This document shows positions 1 to 9,661 of a stretch of DNA of 64,000 nt, in pieces. Numbering within the stretch: the stretch's first letter is position 1; every line of letters begins with the position of its first letter. Origin of the DNA: Klebsiella phage N1M2. Location: the sequence record MN642089.1. One strand, given 5' to 3'. A program made the translations under genes and the position numbers. A model generated the notes under the pieces. The model saw nothing but the letters and a program-made list of their open reading frames with translations, was not told where the DNA came from and did not search any database.

Positions 1-17
1 TCTCTCAGTTAACTGCA

Positions 18-1046
18 ATGGATGGATGGAAGATTCTCGATACCTACGTTCGAGCATCCTGCCTCCGTCAGGAAGCAAGACGCAACAGTATCGGTGTAGT
101 TAGTGATGTGAAGTATATTGACTATATCGTATATAAAGGTTTGTTTAACAAATTGTGTCTGACCTTCTTGCCAAGTAAAATCAATGGCAAAAATCTTTCT
201 AAAGAACTGAACAGTTTAGTAGAAGGTGAGATTCGTGGCGGAGCTGATATTAAGTTCAAAACTTATAAAGATCCAAAGCCAGGTTCTGATGATCAATCGA
301 TTCCAGAATCCTATCGAATTACTCAAGCAGTAAACGGTACCGATGAAATTGCTCAGGCTGAGTATTTCACATTCGATTTATATATCGAAGAACACACCCA
401 AGATCAATGGGGTAATCCGGTAGTTAACTATCGTAAGAAGAATAAAGATTTCTTCTCCCATCAGTGTCGCGGGCTCGGTATCAAAAACCAGTTCTTGGCT
501 GAACGTCTATTTAACACATTACCACGTGTCTGGGAATTCCGACTGACTTCTATCCATATGAAGTTACTCCAACTGGCATTCATCGAAGACATTAACTATA
601 ACCTGATCCCGGTCCTGAACTATGACCAATTGATGTCAGCTATTTGTCTGGCACAAGTTAAACTGTTTGAAATGGGATTCGAACATTTGGCATGTCTGTG
701 CTCTATCGTTCGTAATCCAACTTATCCTGTAACGTTCCTGGATGATGACTTTAAGTTGTCCACCAAAGATCGCGAAATGCTAACCGAAATGTGTGATGTA
801 TATGTGGGTCAATCTGTATCCACCACTGAAAACATTCTGGTTAAATCTGTATCTGATTTCCTGGATGAACTCAGTACCTCTGGTTGGGATTCTACTATTG
901 AACCTGGTCTATTAGGTAATGAGAAATTTGTGAACGCAATGGCTTCCGGTCAAATGTATCAGGTAGACCTGGTCCCCGAAGTTAAACGTGAACTCCTGGA
1001 ATTAGTTAAATTAACAAACACTGTAGAAGAGAAGGAAGCTGAATAA
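18..1046 (+). CDS. hypothetical protein (342 aa); may be 5'-truncated by the window edge
   Basis: ATG at 18 with no in-frame stop upstream within the window, so the gene may begin upstream; enterobacterial-like codon usage; TAATG stop/start junction with the next gene. Confidence 0.55.
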   Translation: MDGWKILDTYVRASCLRQEARRNSIGVVSDVKYIDYIVYKGLFNKLCLTFLPSKINGKNLSKELNSLVEGEIRGGADIKFKTYKDPKPGSDDQSIPESYRITQAVNGTDEIAQAEYFTFDLYIEEHTQDQWGNPVVNYRKKNKDFFSHQCRGLGIKNQFLAERLFNTLPRVWEFRLTSIHMKLLQLAFIEDINYNLIPVLNYDQLMSAICLAQVKLFEMGFEHLACLCSIVRNPTYPVTFLDDDFKLSTKDREMLTEMCDVYVGQSVSTTENILVKSVSDFLDELSTSGWDSTIEPGLLGNEKFVNAMASGQMYQVDLVPEVKRELLELVKLTNTVEEKEAE

Positions 1047-2590
1047 TGAACATGACTCTGGTAAAAGCGCGCGCTGGTCTGACTAACTACTATCATCAGC
1101 AGGTTATCCGAAATGCAGCAATGGACATCGATTCCACTTTGATCGATCAGCTGACTGAAGAAAACCTGATGGGTGGTGTTAAAGCATCGACTCTGCAGAT
1201 GGCCGCGGTTTATTCCGGCGGTCTTAATGCTCAGGCATCTGACTTTGCAAATATCATGGGTGGTTGGAACGAATCCAAAGGTTTGATGATGCTGGACTTC
1301 ATCACTCAGGATTCTCCAGTAGCCGTTGAATATATGCACGTCATTGGTTATGTTACCAACAATGGTTCTGATCAAGGTTTAACAACCGATGCGATCTTCA
1401 CTCCAGTAATGAGTTGGAAATCTCATGAAACCATCACAGCTAACCTGATGGGTGGGGATAATCCAACAACAACTCGTCGCATGATCGGTGGTCGTACTGA
1501 CTATCTGTTGAACGATGGTTCTCAGGCTCAGGGCATGGTATCCATGCGACCTAATGATGTCATTGACTTCTCCATCGAACGTGCATCTGCTCAAGATGTT
1601 ATCGAACGTATGGAAGATGAAGGTCTGACCGGTCAGGTTCCACAGATCGGTGTGGCTGGTACTGATATTGGTCGTGTTGGTGTGATTGCATCTAAGCGTA
1701 ATAACTTGAACCCAAGTTCTTATGCAAAAGACATCCTGGCTGCAGGTACAGGTTATCAACGTAACCAACAACTCAGCAGCAACATGATGGATAACATGGG
1801 TGAAAACCTGACAGCCTTTGATGGAATGTTTAACGAACTGGCTAACATCTCCTATCAGGCAAGTAACAAAGAACCGCAGCTTCTGCGTGATGACTTCTTC
1901 CGTTCTATGATGGATGTAATGGGTCAAGCGCAAATGCGTGGCTTTACTGGTTATCCTATCAGCGATCTGCTGTGTGCATTCGAAAACCTGAACGATGTTC
2001 TTGATCTGACATTCATGGATAAAGGTCAGTTTGCAGTAAATGACTTTACTCAGAACACTGAGAGCATGGGTACTTCTCAAATTGAAGAATTCGTATCTCA
2101 GGAAATCACCATGAACATCATGGACCTGATGATCAAATATGGTCTGTCTGCAATCAACTTCCGTGGTTCTAACTGTGACCACTTTGGTGGCGACGGTAAT
2201 CTGAGCAACGTAGTTATTCTTCCTTATTCTCCGGCATCTCTGTCTGAAGACGATTTCGATATCGGTAATAAGGTACAGGCATTCGTTGACGATCTGACCA
2301 ACCAGATCTTTGCTAAACTCAATGGTCTGCGTAGCTCTGACCTGACGCCAATTCGTTTTGATGTCAATGCTGAACTGTTTGGTACTTGTATCATCAATAT
2401 GGTACGTGTAACTGATACCAACATGAGCAGCGGTTTCAACCTGCAGGAAACTGGAGTTCCTACTGGTATGTGTTCTCGTGTATATCCAACTTATGCACTC
2501 AATAACTATTCTCCAGTTATTGGTAATAAAGAACAGGCACAGATTGCAGGTTCTAACTTCTTCACCAATATCAACAACTACTTCTCTTAA
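1046..2590 (+). CDS. hypothetical protein, probably an abundant virion/structural protein (514 aa)
   Basis: Long ORF with very strong bias to ggt/ctg/cgt/aac/gaa codons; Gly/Asn/Thr/Met-rich; antisense ORFs 959..1375 and 1379..2182 have nonsense composition. Confidence 0.6.
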   Translation: MNMTLVKARAGLTNYYHQQVIRNAAMDIDSTLIDQLTEENLMGGVKASTLQMAAVYSGGLNAQASDFANIMGGWNESKGLMMLDFITQDSPVAVEYMHVIGYVTNNGSDQGLTTDAIFTPVMSWKSHETITANLMGGDNPTTTRRMIGGRTDYLLNDGSQAQGMVSMRPNDVIDFSIERASAQDVIERMEDEGLTGQVPQIGVAGTDIGRVGVIASKRNNLNPSSYAKDILAAGTGYQRNQQLSSNMMDNMGENLTAFDGMFNELANISYQASNKEPQLLRDDFFRSMMDVMGQAQMRGFTGYPISDLLCAFENLNDVLDLTFMDKGQFAVNDFTQNTESMGTSQIEEFVSQEITMNIMDLMIKYGLSAINFRGSNCDHFGGDGNLSNVVILPYSPASLSEDDFDIGNKVQAFVDDLTNQIFAKLNGLRSSDLTPIRFDVNAELFGTCIINMVRVTDTNMSSGFNLQETGVPTGMCSRVYPTYALNNYSPVIGNKEQAQIAGSNFFTNINNYFS

Positions 2591-2612
2591 TAACTAATTC
2601 GGAATATAGAAA

Positions 2613-4085
2613 ATGAACAAGCTGAACAAACTGTATGAAGCAATGCTGAAATCCTGGGGCTGTGTGTTTAGTGACGACGCAGCAATCATGCTGAACTTCG
2701 CAGGTAACGAAGTACCAGTTAAAGTAGATGATAAACAAACTTATCTGCCTACTTCTGAAAACCTGAACGGTGTGACTATCGGTAAAGTGTTCTTCCATCC
2801 GGCATGTGAATCTATCATGTCTAAAGAAACCGAAATCTTCAAAGTTATCCGTAAATTGACTGCAGCAAAAATCTATGCGGTGTTCCAACCAATCGCTGAA
2901 GTTCTGTTTGCAGCTTCTAGCAAGAAGTCTGGTAAAACTCTGACTGGTAAAATGCTGGAACAGCTGGAACCATTCAAAGCGGCAACCAAAGCGATCAAAC
3001 AGGAAGTGATTGATATCATCAAAACGATCTCTATCACTATTGAAGACAATGGTCTGGATACTCGACTGATTAACTTCAGTCTGATCAAAGGCGGTAAAAC
3101 TGAAGATGATGAATCTATCTATTATACCGCAACTCCAAGCTTCCCGTTCTATACTGAACTGTGTCGCACCATCGGTCAGAACGAACATCTGAAAGCTGCT
3201 GATCGTGTTAGCTTTAATAACATGAATGTATCTATGCAAGCTCTGCGTACAGTTCAGGCTCTGTTTGAATTTGCGCTGCCGGCATGTCTGGATCCATCTC
3301 GTAAGAAGTATTCTACTACTTCTCCTGATGCGGCGCGTCTGGTTGCTTATCTGCATTCTTATGGTCTGATCGCATCTGACCTGAATAGTCTGATCGGTAA
3401 GTTCCGTAAAGAGTTTGACTCCATCGGCATTTATGGTATTGATCTGGAATGGTTATCTGATCTGGATGAAATCGGTGAAATTAAGAAACTGATTCCTTCC
3501 CTGGATTATAATAACTACAACATGACTTCTGCTCCAGAAGCTCCTGCTGCTAACAGTGGTGCTCGTATCTCTAGCTATAACCCAATGGCTGGTGTTATGA
3601 ATACTCCAAGCAGTGGTAATGTTCCAGCTCCTACTGGCGCAAATACTCCGGCGTCTGCACCTAAGACTCCAGATGCGCTGCCTGGTGAAAACTATATCGG
3701 TTGTGACTATAACCAGACTAGTGGTATTTATGAATTTAAATTCCAACAGTCTAATGGTTATATTCGTGTTCGCTGTGTGGCTGAAGATGGTCGTTTCATT
3801 TCTGAAAACTTCCAGAACCCAATGCAGCAACCGAATATGGGGATGGCAATTCCAAATACCGGTCTGAACCCATATGGTATGCCTAACGGTATGATGGTTC
3901 CAAATACCGGTCTTCCAATTGGTATGGGTATGCCTGGTATGATGCGTGACCCGTACACCGGTCAGTATATCCAGGTTCCTCAAAACCAAATGCAGAACAA
4001 CTTCCAACAACCAATGACCACTGGTTTCCAGAACCCAATCGGTGGAATGGAATTCGGTGGTACTGTTGGGATTAACAACTACTAA
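2613..4085 (+). CDS. hypothetical protein with a Met/Gly/Pro/Asn-rich repetitive C-terminal tail (490 aa)
   Basis: ORF with ATG at 2613; globular N-terminal ~300 aa, then a low-complexity tail with repeated (I/V)PNTGL and GMPxGMM units; followed by a strong hairpin terminator. Confidence 0.6.
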   Translation: MNKLNKLYEAMLKSWGCVFSDDAAIMLNFAGNEVPVKVDDKQTYLPTSENLNGVTIGKVFFHPACESIMSKETEIFKVIRKLTAAKIYAVFQPIAEVLFAASSKKSGKTLTGKMLEQLEPFKAATKAIKQEVIDIIKTISITIEDNGLDTRLINFSLIKGGKTEDDESIYYTATPSFPFYTELCRTIGQNEHLKAADRVSFNNMNVSMQALRTVQALFEFALPACLDPSRKKYSTTSPDAARLVAYLHSYGLIASDLNSLIGKFRKEFDSIGIYGIDLEWLSDLDEIGEIKKLIPSLDYNNYNMTSAPEAPAANSGARISSYNPMAGVMNTPSSGNVPAPTGANTPASAPKTPDALPGENYIGCDYNQTSGIYEFKFQQSNGYIRVRCVAEDGRFISENFQNPMQQPNMGMAIPNTGLNPYGMPNGMMVPNTGLPIGMGMPGMMRDPYTGQYIQVPQNQMQNNFQQPMTTGFQNPIGGMEFGGTVGINNY

Positions 4086-4108
4086 TCAGAAAACATTTAT
4101 GTAAATAA

Positions 4109-4136
4109 CTACCACCTACTCTATAGTAGGTGGTAG
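4109..4136. terminator. bidirectional rho-independent terminator (12-bp perfect stem CTACCACCTACT/AGTAGGTGGTAG)
   Basis: Perfect inverted repeat with a 4-nt loop between convergent genes, followed by CTTTATATGTTTGTTTTCTTTTT. Confidence 0.6.
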
Positions 4137-4157
4137 CTTTATATGTTTGTTTTCTTT

Positions 4158-4493
4158 TTATTCTCGTCTTACACGAGTTACCTGTATAACGGAATCAATC
4201 TGTTCCGGAGTAACCGTATAAAGACCTGTAAGATGCATAAAGTCTTGATTGGGATCTTCAATACCATTAAGGTAACTGATAGTCCAAATCAGTTCCTCAG
4301 GAATGGTCGGATTCTCACCGCCTAATTGTCTAAGGAATTTGTGGAAGTTATAACGATAAGCAAACTTTATACTATCCCCGATGAATGGAGAGAAAGAAGC
4401 TTGTGCTAATAGGATCTCCTTACAAGAACGAATTATCGTTTTGTATTCTGGAGTGAAGTAATAAGCATTACTATAAGGAACAATTAAAGGCAT
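4158..4493 (-). CDS. hypothetical protein (111 aa from first ATG; the ORF-track start at 4505 is TTG)
   Basis: Minus-strand ORF between the bidirectional hairpin at 4109..4136 and the 4573 gene; AT-rich; the only candidate on this strand here. Confidence 0.35.
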   Translation of the reverse strand: MPLIVPYSNAYYFTPEYKTIIRSCKEILLAQASFSPFIGDSIKFAYRYNFHKFLRQLGGENPTIPEELIWTISYLNGIEDPNQDFMHLTGLYTVTPEQIDSVIQVTRVRRE

Positions 4494-4527
4494 AAAAGCA
4501 TCCAATTAATTTTGAGCCAAAGATAAT

Positions 4528-4553
4528 CAGACAGATATTATCTATATGTAATC
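4528..4553 (+). promoter_or_regulatory. promoter-like conserved element CAGACAGATATTATCTATATGTAATC
   Basis: One of four copies of CAGATATTATyTAynTGTA located 40-55 nt upstream of start codons (4573, 9662, 21170, 52142). Confidence 0.45.
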
Positions 4554-4572
4554 AACATAGAGGTATTAGTGA

Positions 4573-6681
4573 ATGAGCAATAAACATAACCAAATAAAAT
4601 CGAATACTGCTGGCCTAGCCATCGGTATGAACCCAAACCGTGCAACTAACTCCTCTGCACGTTTATATATGCTTGGTAAGAACCAAGGTAAAGCTGCCGT
4701 TATCTGGGGTTCTACTAACCGCAAATATTCCTCTGGTGATGAACAAGAATATGCACGAACTGCTCGTAAGGTACAAACTCTCTCTGATGTGGAAGTCGAA
4801 GAGGTTCTGTTTGTACGCGACATCATCAATGACAAAGAACCTAGTATGTGGGGAACGTACTATGTAATCGTGAAGGATCTGGAAACTGGTTTCTATGATC
4901 TCATTGAGATGCCTAAGTTCAATGCTCAAAATATGGACCTTGGGTTCGAGTATCATTATGATAATGACCTGATGCGTCAATTGACCAAAGGTGCACGATT
5001 CCGTAAAGGTACGGTATTCGCAACCAGTGCTCGTATTACTGAGTCCAATGAATGGTGTCCTGGTGTTGAGACTAAAGTAGCTGCAATGTCTCACCCATAT
5101 ACCGAAGAGGATGCGGTATTCATCTTTGAGCATTATGCCAAGAAGATCGGTGTTACATTTAAACGTGGTCTTGAGTTCCAATGGAACGAAGAAGAATATG
5201 TGATGCTGAATCTCTATGGTACTGTTGATAACCATCAAGGTTTCCCACTGTCTGGTGAGAAAGTTCGTAGTGATGGTATTGTAATGGGTTTCCGTCGTAA
5301 AGATCCCGATGCAGCAATGGCTGGTTTAACCAAAGCGGCGTTAATGAATCCGGATCCGATTTATGACCACCTGTTCTATGCATCTCCGAACTGTGTTGTT
5401 GCGGATATCAAAGTTGAGACAGAACGTTATAAGAATCTGTCCAACAACAAGCGTGCTGAAAAACGTAGTCAACCCCATACCAGACTGCTGGAGAAACTGG
5501 AAGAAGAACAAAACAGTTTTGCAAATAGTATCGTTAGCTGGTATCGTTCTAAGCAGAAACAGTATATCGATAAGAAACCACCTCTTACTCGTGAACTGTG
5601 GAACTTCATTACCTTCATGGGTGCCGGTCAGATTACTCGTGACTTCACCACTCCAACATCCAACGGTAAGTTTACTAAGATCAAACGTAAGCTGGGTAAC
5701 ATCCAGTTGAAAGATTGGCGTATCCAGATTAACCTACGTGAAGATGTAGAAGGTCAGGTCCGATTTAAGAATACCGGTATGGATGGTAACAAATCTGTTA
5801 TCATGAAGATTCTACCATCTGAATGCGCTCCGGTAGATGATCATGGTATCATGGCAGATATGGTAGTTGGTAACACTCCTGGCTATCGTCGTCAGATTTT
5901 CAACTCCTTCATGGAATTGGATATCAACTTTGTCAACATTCATCTCTATCCAGAAATCGTTAAGGCATATAAAGCTAAAGACTTCAAAAAGGCTTGGCAG
6001 ATTGCTCGTGATTTCTATGAAACGGTTTCCCCAGACCAAGGTGCAATGGCTGATCTATTCACACCAGAAGAACGAATGGCTCATCTCGACTGGATCATGA
6101 AAGATGAGAATGAGTTCTCTGCTCTAGGTAATAACACCGATGATGTACAGGGTGTTAAAATCATTGAGCGTCTGGCTGATAAGTATCCGTATATTCAACC
6201 TACACCGGTTACCTGGATTAATGAATGGGGCGAGAAGAAACGTAGTCGACATCCTATCGTGATTAGTAGTGTCTATTATATCATGTTGGATAAGTTCGGT
6301 GACGATATCTCTTGTCAGTCTACTCCGAAGCTGAATATCTTTGGGTTGCCGACATCGTTATCTAAACATGAACGTGCTCGCGATTTCTATCGTGCAACAC
6401 TTAACCGAAATGTGGGTGAAACTGAAGGACGACTTTATATTAACCAGAAAGGCGGTGCTGCTGCAGTACGAGTACTTGCACTTGCCAATAGCGCTGAATT
6501 GCTTGAAGAGGCCGTGCGCCGTTTAATCCGTGCACCTAACCCATTCACAATTGAACGCTTAGTTCTGCCTGGTGAAGAGAAGAAGAACCATTCTCTCCAG
6601 GTAATTGATAACATGCTCTCTGACTTTGGTTTAGGATTTAGGAAAGAAAATGAAAACGATAAAGCTGCGCGAGTTCGCTAA
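4573..6681 (+). CDS. multisubunit RNA polymerase beta-subunit-like protein (C-terminal catalytic module)
   Basis: Segment GMDGNKSVIMKILPSECAPVDDHGIMADMVVGNTPGYRRQIFNSFME aligns position by position with the bacterial beta active-site region [43 protein letters not shown]; 702 aa; good RBS. Confidence 0.55.
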   Translation: MSNKHNQIKSNTAGLAIGMNPNRATNSSARLYMLGKNQGKAAVIWGSTNRKYSSGDEQEYARTARKVQTLSDVEVEEVLFVRDIINDKEPSMWGTYYVIVKDLETGFYDLIEMPKFNAQNMDLGFEYHYDNDLMRQLTKGARFRKGTVFATSARITESNEWCPGVETKVAAMSHPYTEEDAVFIFEHYAKKIGVTFKRGLEFQWNEEEYVMLNLYGTVDNHQGFPLSGEKVRSDGIVMGFRRKDPDAAMAGLTKAALMNPDPIYDHLFYASPNCVVADIKVETERYKNLSNNKRAEKRSQPHTRLLEKLEEEQNSFANSIVSWYRSKQKQYIDKKPPLTRELWNFITFMGAGQITRDFTTPTSNGKFTKIKRKLGNIQLKDWRIQINLREDVEGQVRFKNTGMDGNKSVIMKILPSECAPVDDHGIMADMVVGNTPGYRRQIFNSFMELDINFVNIHLYPEIVKAYKAKDFKKAWQIARDFYETVSPDQGAMADLFTPEERMAHLDWIMKDENEFSALGNNTDDVQGVKIIERLADKYPYIQPTPVTWINEWGEKKRSRHPIVISSVYYIMLDKFGDDISCQSTPKLNIFGLPTSLSKHERARDFYRATLNRNVGETEGRLYINQKGGAAAVRVLALANSAELLEEAVRRLIRAPNPFTIERLVLPGEEKKNHSLQVIDNMLSDFGLGFRKENENDKAARVR

Positions 6682-8671
6682 TCTGTCTCTAATCTCCATG
6701 CTTCAATTTACTGAACGTCGTTTCAAGGTTGAAGTTCTGGATGATGTAGGCGAAAAGATCGTGACTGATAGTTGGATGTTAGGTCTTTCCTGGTTTAGTT
6801 TGATTGTTCATCGACACTTCAATGACGAACCTTATCATGTTGATGAATTAGCGGTACTGGTGGCTCCTAAGGGCCGCCAAGCATTTATCGATGATGATAC
6901 GCTTAAGGAACCCATTGATGCGTTCCTGGGTCGTTTGATGCCCAAGTATGATGATCCAGTGTTCTATGATTTCATCAAGCAATTGGTATTCACCTGGCAT
7001 AACCAAGTTCACAACTATATGGCTGTGATCTCTGAAACAGGTGTGGTATCTGCACGTGCGATGGACGTAGTACATTGTTATCGTCACCCTCCGGTAGCCG
7101 ATTTGAAGAAACGAGTTCGGGAAGGTAAGACTAATCTGGCAGATGCTGCTAAAGAGTTCGAAAAGATCATGATGGAAGATCCGGCTTTCGATAAGTCCGT
7201 CTTCGGTCTGTTGTATCGTACTCGTGCGGTTAACCCGACTCAGTCTTTCCAACTGGTAATTGCTCGTGGTGACGTATTCGACTTGAACAACGTAATCTTG
7301 CCGAATACCGTAATGACTTCTTATGCAGATGGCATTACAAACCTGGCTGACTCCTTAGGTGACTCCAAAGGTGCTGGCTTCTCTCTGATCAGTAATGGCT
7401 CTGCGCTACAGGACTCTGAATGGTTCCATAAAAAGATCCATAACGTGTCTCAGGTAGTGCAAGGTATTCGTTATCAATCTGATTGTGGTTCTACAACAGG
7501 TCCGGTACTGAAGATCATCTCCAGAGATTTCAAAATGTCTTTGGCTGGTCGTTATCGTATTAATGACGATGGGACTACAACTCTCTTAACTTATGATGAG
7601 TTGAAGAAGATCGAAACTGGTGACATCATCCGTATTCGTGATGTTGCCTGGTGTAAAGATTCGGGGCATGATGGTAAGCCTTGTTCTGTATGTTTCGGTA
7701 AAATGGAATCTGCACTTCCGTATAATCCATATACTAAGAAGTCTGCAGTCCCTGGTCTGTTCTATGGTTCTACCTTTGCGGAACCTATCGGTCAGTCCAT
7801 TCTGAAAACTAAACACCGTATCGGTTCCGCAACTGCAAAAGGCTTTGTGGTTCAACGTCAGGATGTTGACTATATCACTACAGATGAATCTGGAGACTTC
7901 ATCTATTTCAACAAAGGAATCCTCAACGAAGAAGCTGATCCGTATATCATCCTGGATAAAGAAACCCAGCAGGACTTCTCTGACTTCCAGTTCATGGATA
8001 ACATTGAAGATCTTGATGTGTCTCGTCTGCGTACTTATGAATCCATCAAACTTCGTGTTAACATTGTAAACCCGATGTTCGATAATCGTAAAGCAGTTCA
8101 TTATCCAATCGTGATCACTACGGTGGCTTCCCGTGATGCTCGTATGACAAAGCCGTTCATTGAGTATCTGTTAAGCAAACCAATGGAAGAAGAAGGTCGT
8201 ACATTTAAGATCAGTCTTAAAGACTTCAACTTCAAAGAACCAGCATTCGAACTACCACTGGTAAACGAAGACCTCGATGCTTATCGTAAACGTGTTGAAA
8301 CATTCCTGAAGTTCCCGAATATCAATCGTCGTTGGGATGTCAAAGTAACTCCTGAGTTGCATGGCGAAACCATGATTGCATTCTGGAAGGTAGTGGATGA
8401 GAAGTATAAAGGTGCGAATAGTATTATGCACTCTATCTTCTTGTGGGCATGTATGGCACGAGATCCTGAACATCTGGATTTTGGTATTCCAATTGGCGAC
8501 GAACCACGTAACTTCATTAGTCTGCATGATGCGGTACTGAGTCGTGGTTTGGGTAATACCTTGCTGTATGGTTGGCAGGGTAGTGCGTTGCTGGGTAGTC
8601 CGATCAACTTCTTGATCAAGAATCGACAGGGTGGGGCTCTAGAAGCATTCTGTCATCCAATCACACGTTAA
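6650..8671 (+). CDS. hypothetical protein (673 aa); possibly a further RNAP subunit fragment
   Basis: Overlaps the upstream gene by 32 nt in the +1 frame with its own RBS (AGGAAAG); Cys cluster WCKDSGHDGKPCSVC (C-x10-C-x2-C) suggests a zinc ribbon; no NADFDGD motif seen. Confidence 0.55.
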   Translation: MKTIKLREFANLSLISMLQFTERRFKVEVLDDVGEKIVTDSWMLGLSWFSLIVHRHFNDEPYHVDELAVLVAPKGRQAFIDDDTLKEPIDAFLGRLMPKYDDPVFYDFIKQLVFTWHNQVHNYMAVISETGVVSARAMDVVHCYRHPPVADLKKRVREGKTNLADAAKEFEKIMMEDPAFDKSVFGLLYRTRAVNPTQSFQLVIARGDVFDLNNVILPNTVMTSYADGITNLADSLGDSKGAGFSLISNGSALQDSEWFHKKIHNVSQVVQGIRYQSDCGSTTGPVLKIISRDFKMSLAGRYRINDDGTTTLLTYDELKKIETGDIIRIRDVAWCKDSGHDGKPCSVCFGKMESALPYNPYTKKSAVPGLFYGSTFAEPIGQSILKTKHRIGSATAKGFVVQRQDVDYITTDESGDFIYFNKGILNEEADPYIILDKETQQDFSDFQFMDNIEDLDVSRLRTYESIKLRVNIVNPMFDNRKAVHYPIVITTVASRDARMTKPFIEYLLSKPMEEEGRTFKISLKDFNFKEPAFELPLVNEDLDAYRKRVETFLKFPNINRRWDVKVTPELHGETMIAFWKVVDEKYKGANSIMHSIFLWACMARDPEHLDFGIPIGDEPRNFISLHDAVLSRGLGNTLLYGWQGSALLGSPINFLIKNRQGGALEAFCHPITR

Positions 8672-8708
8672 CGAAAAGGACAAGGATGTCCTTATAAAGG
8701 AATTAAAC

Positions 8709-9008
8709 ATGCAAACTTTATCTTTGGATTACATGGCTGAAACCGCGGTACCTGAAAATATCGATCACCTTTCCATTACTGTGATCCGCTATACCAATAA
8801 GATCCTGGGTGTAGAGGAAACGTTTGAACCAATCCCTGATAACAAGTTTGCATGGGAGAAACCTTTACCTGGATCAGAATACTATTTGGGATTCCTGAAT
8901 ACAGGACGTGGCGGGATCATCGAGATCCGTTATCATAAAGCACAAAACTTTATGATGGTCCGTGGTCCTATTCGTACTGATATTACTTTTGAATTAGTGG
9001 GTGAATAA
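8709..9008 (+). CDS. hypothetical small protein (99 aa)
   Basis: ORF with ATG; ATGA-type junction to the next gene. Confidence 0.5.
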   Translation: MQTLSLDYMAETAVPENIDHLSITVIRYTNKILGVEETFEPIPDNKFAWEKPLPGSEYYLGFLNTGRGGIIEIRYHKAQNFMMVRGPIRTDITFELVGE

Positions 9009-9310
9009 TGACAACTGAAGTTCATACGCTTACACTGAAAGTAGGTGAAGAAGTCAAAGTGCCTGATCGTGGTCCTTTCGCAAGCTTCCCTAAATTGCGG
9101 GTAACCGGCGTGACCAAAGATGGTGTAACTCACGCAACCGAATACTGGCCAACTAACAACAGTATTCCAAGTAACCTCCATACTAAAACCATTCGTCTGT
9201 TGAACCTTCAGTGGAACGGCATCGTAGTTCAGGGTGAATATGACGACAGTTCCAAATTGGTTAAAATTACCAAAGGGAACGTTGATTCGGTAACGATCGA
9301 AATCCGGTAA
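9008..9310 (+). CDS. hypothetical small protein (100 aa)
   Basis: ORF overlapping the previous stop (TAATG); followed by a hairpin at 9318..9341. Confidence 0.5.
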   Translation: MTTEVHTLTLKVGEEVKVPDRGPFASFPKLRVTGVTKDGVTHATEYWPTNNSIPSNLHTKTIRLLNLQWNGIVVQGEYDDSSKLVKITKGNVDSVTIEIR

Positions 9311-9357
9311 CCTTTATAGTATGATAACTAACTATCATACTTTATTAAGGCACTACT

Positions 9358-9588
9358 ATGATTACCAAGATCCAGGACATGAAACCAGGGGAATACTTTA
9401 AAGTAGACTCTAATGAAGGCGGGTGTAAGAAAGCACCATGTACTCGTCGCATTTTAGCTATCGGTGAAACATCAGTAGCTTCCGATCTTAAAGAAGATCA
9501 AGGTTTCTATTTCCGTTTGAAAATGGAAAACTATTTAGGGACGATTAAAACACCTAACGGTATGGTTGTACATCAGTTCAGTAAATAA
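9358..9588 (+). CDS. hypothetical small protein (76 aa)
   Basis: ORF with ATG; followed by hairpin 9594..9624. Confidence 0.45.
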   Translation: MITKIQDMKPGEYFKVDSNEGGCKKAPCTRRILAIGETSVASDLKEDQGFYFRLKMENYLGTIKTPNGMVVHQFSK

Positions 9589-9593
9589 GCTAT

Positions 9594-9624
9594 TACTCAC
9601 CTTCCTTAATTGGAGGGTGGGTAA
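9594..9624 (+). terminator. hairpin terminator (TTACTCACCTTCC / GGAGGGTGGGTAA, with G-U pairs)
   Basis: 13-bp RNA stem allowing U-G pairs, followed by TAAATTTTT. Confidence 0.4.
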
Positions 9625-9635
9625 TAAATTTTTAA

Positions 9636-9652
9636 GTAGATATTATTTATAG
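9636..9652 (+). promoter_or_regulatory. promoter-like element TAGATATTATTTATAGG
   Basis: Shorter copy of the same motif, immediately after a terminator hairpin and upstream of 9662. Confidence 0.35.
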
Positions 9653-9661
9653 GAGTTAGAC

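Noticed and set aside
664-690. GGGATTCGAAC (reverse complement GTTCGAATCCC), which resembles a tRNA T-arm
   Set aside because: It lies inside a well-supported coding frame. No acceptor or anticodon stems can be built around it, and the flanking sequence does not fold as a cloverleaf.
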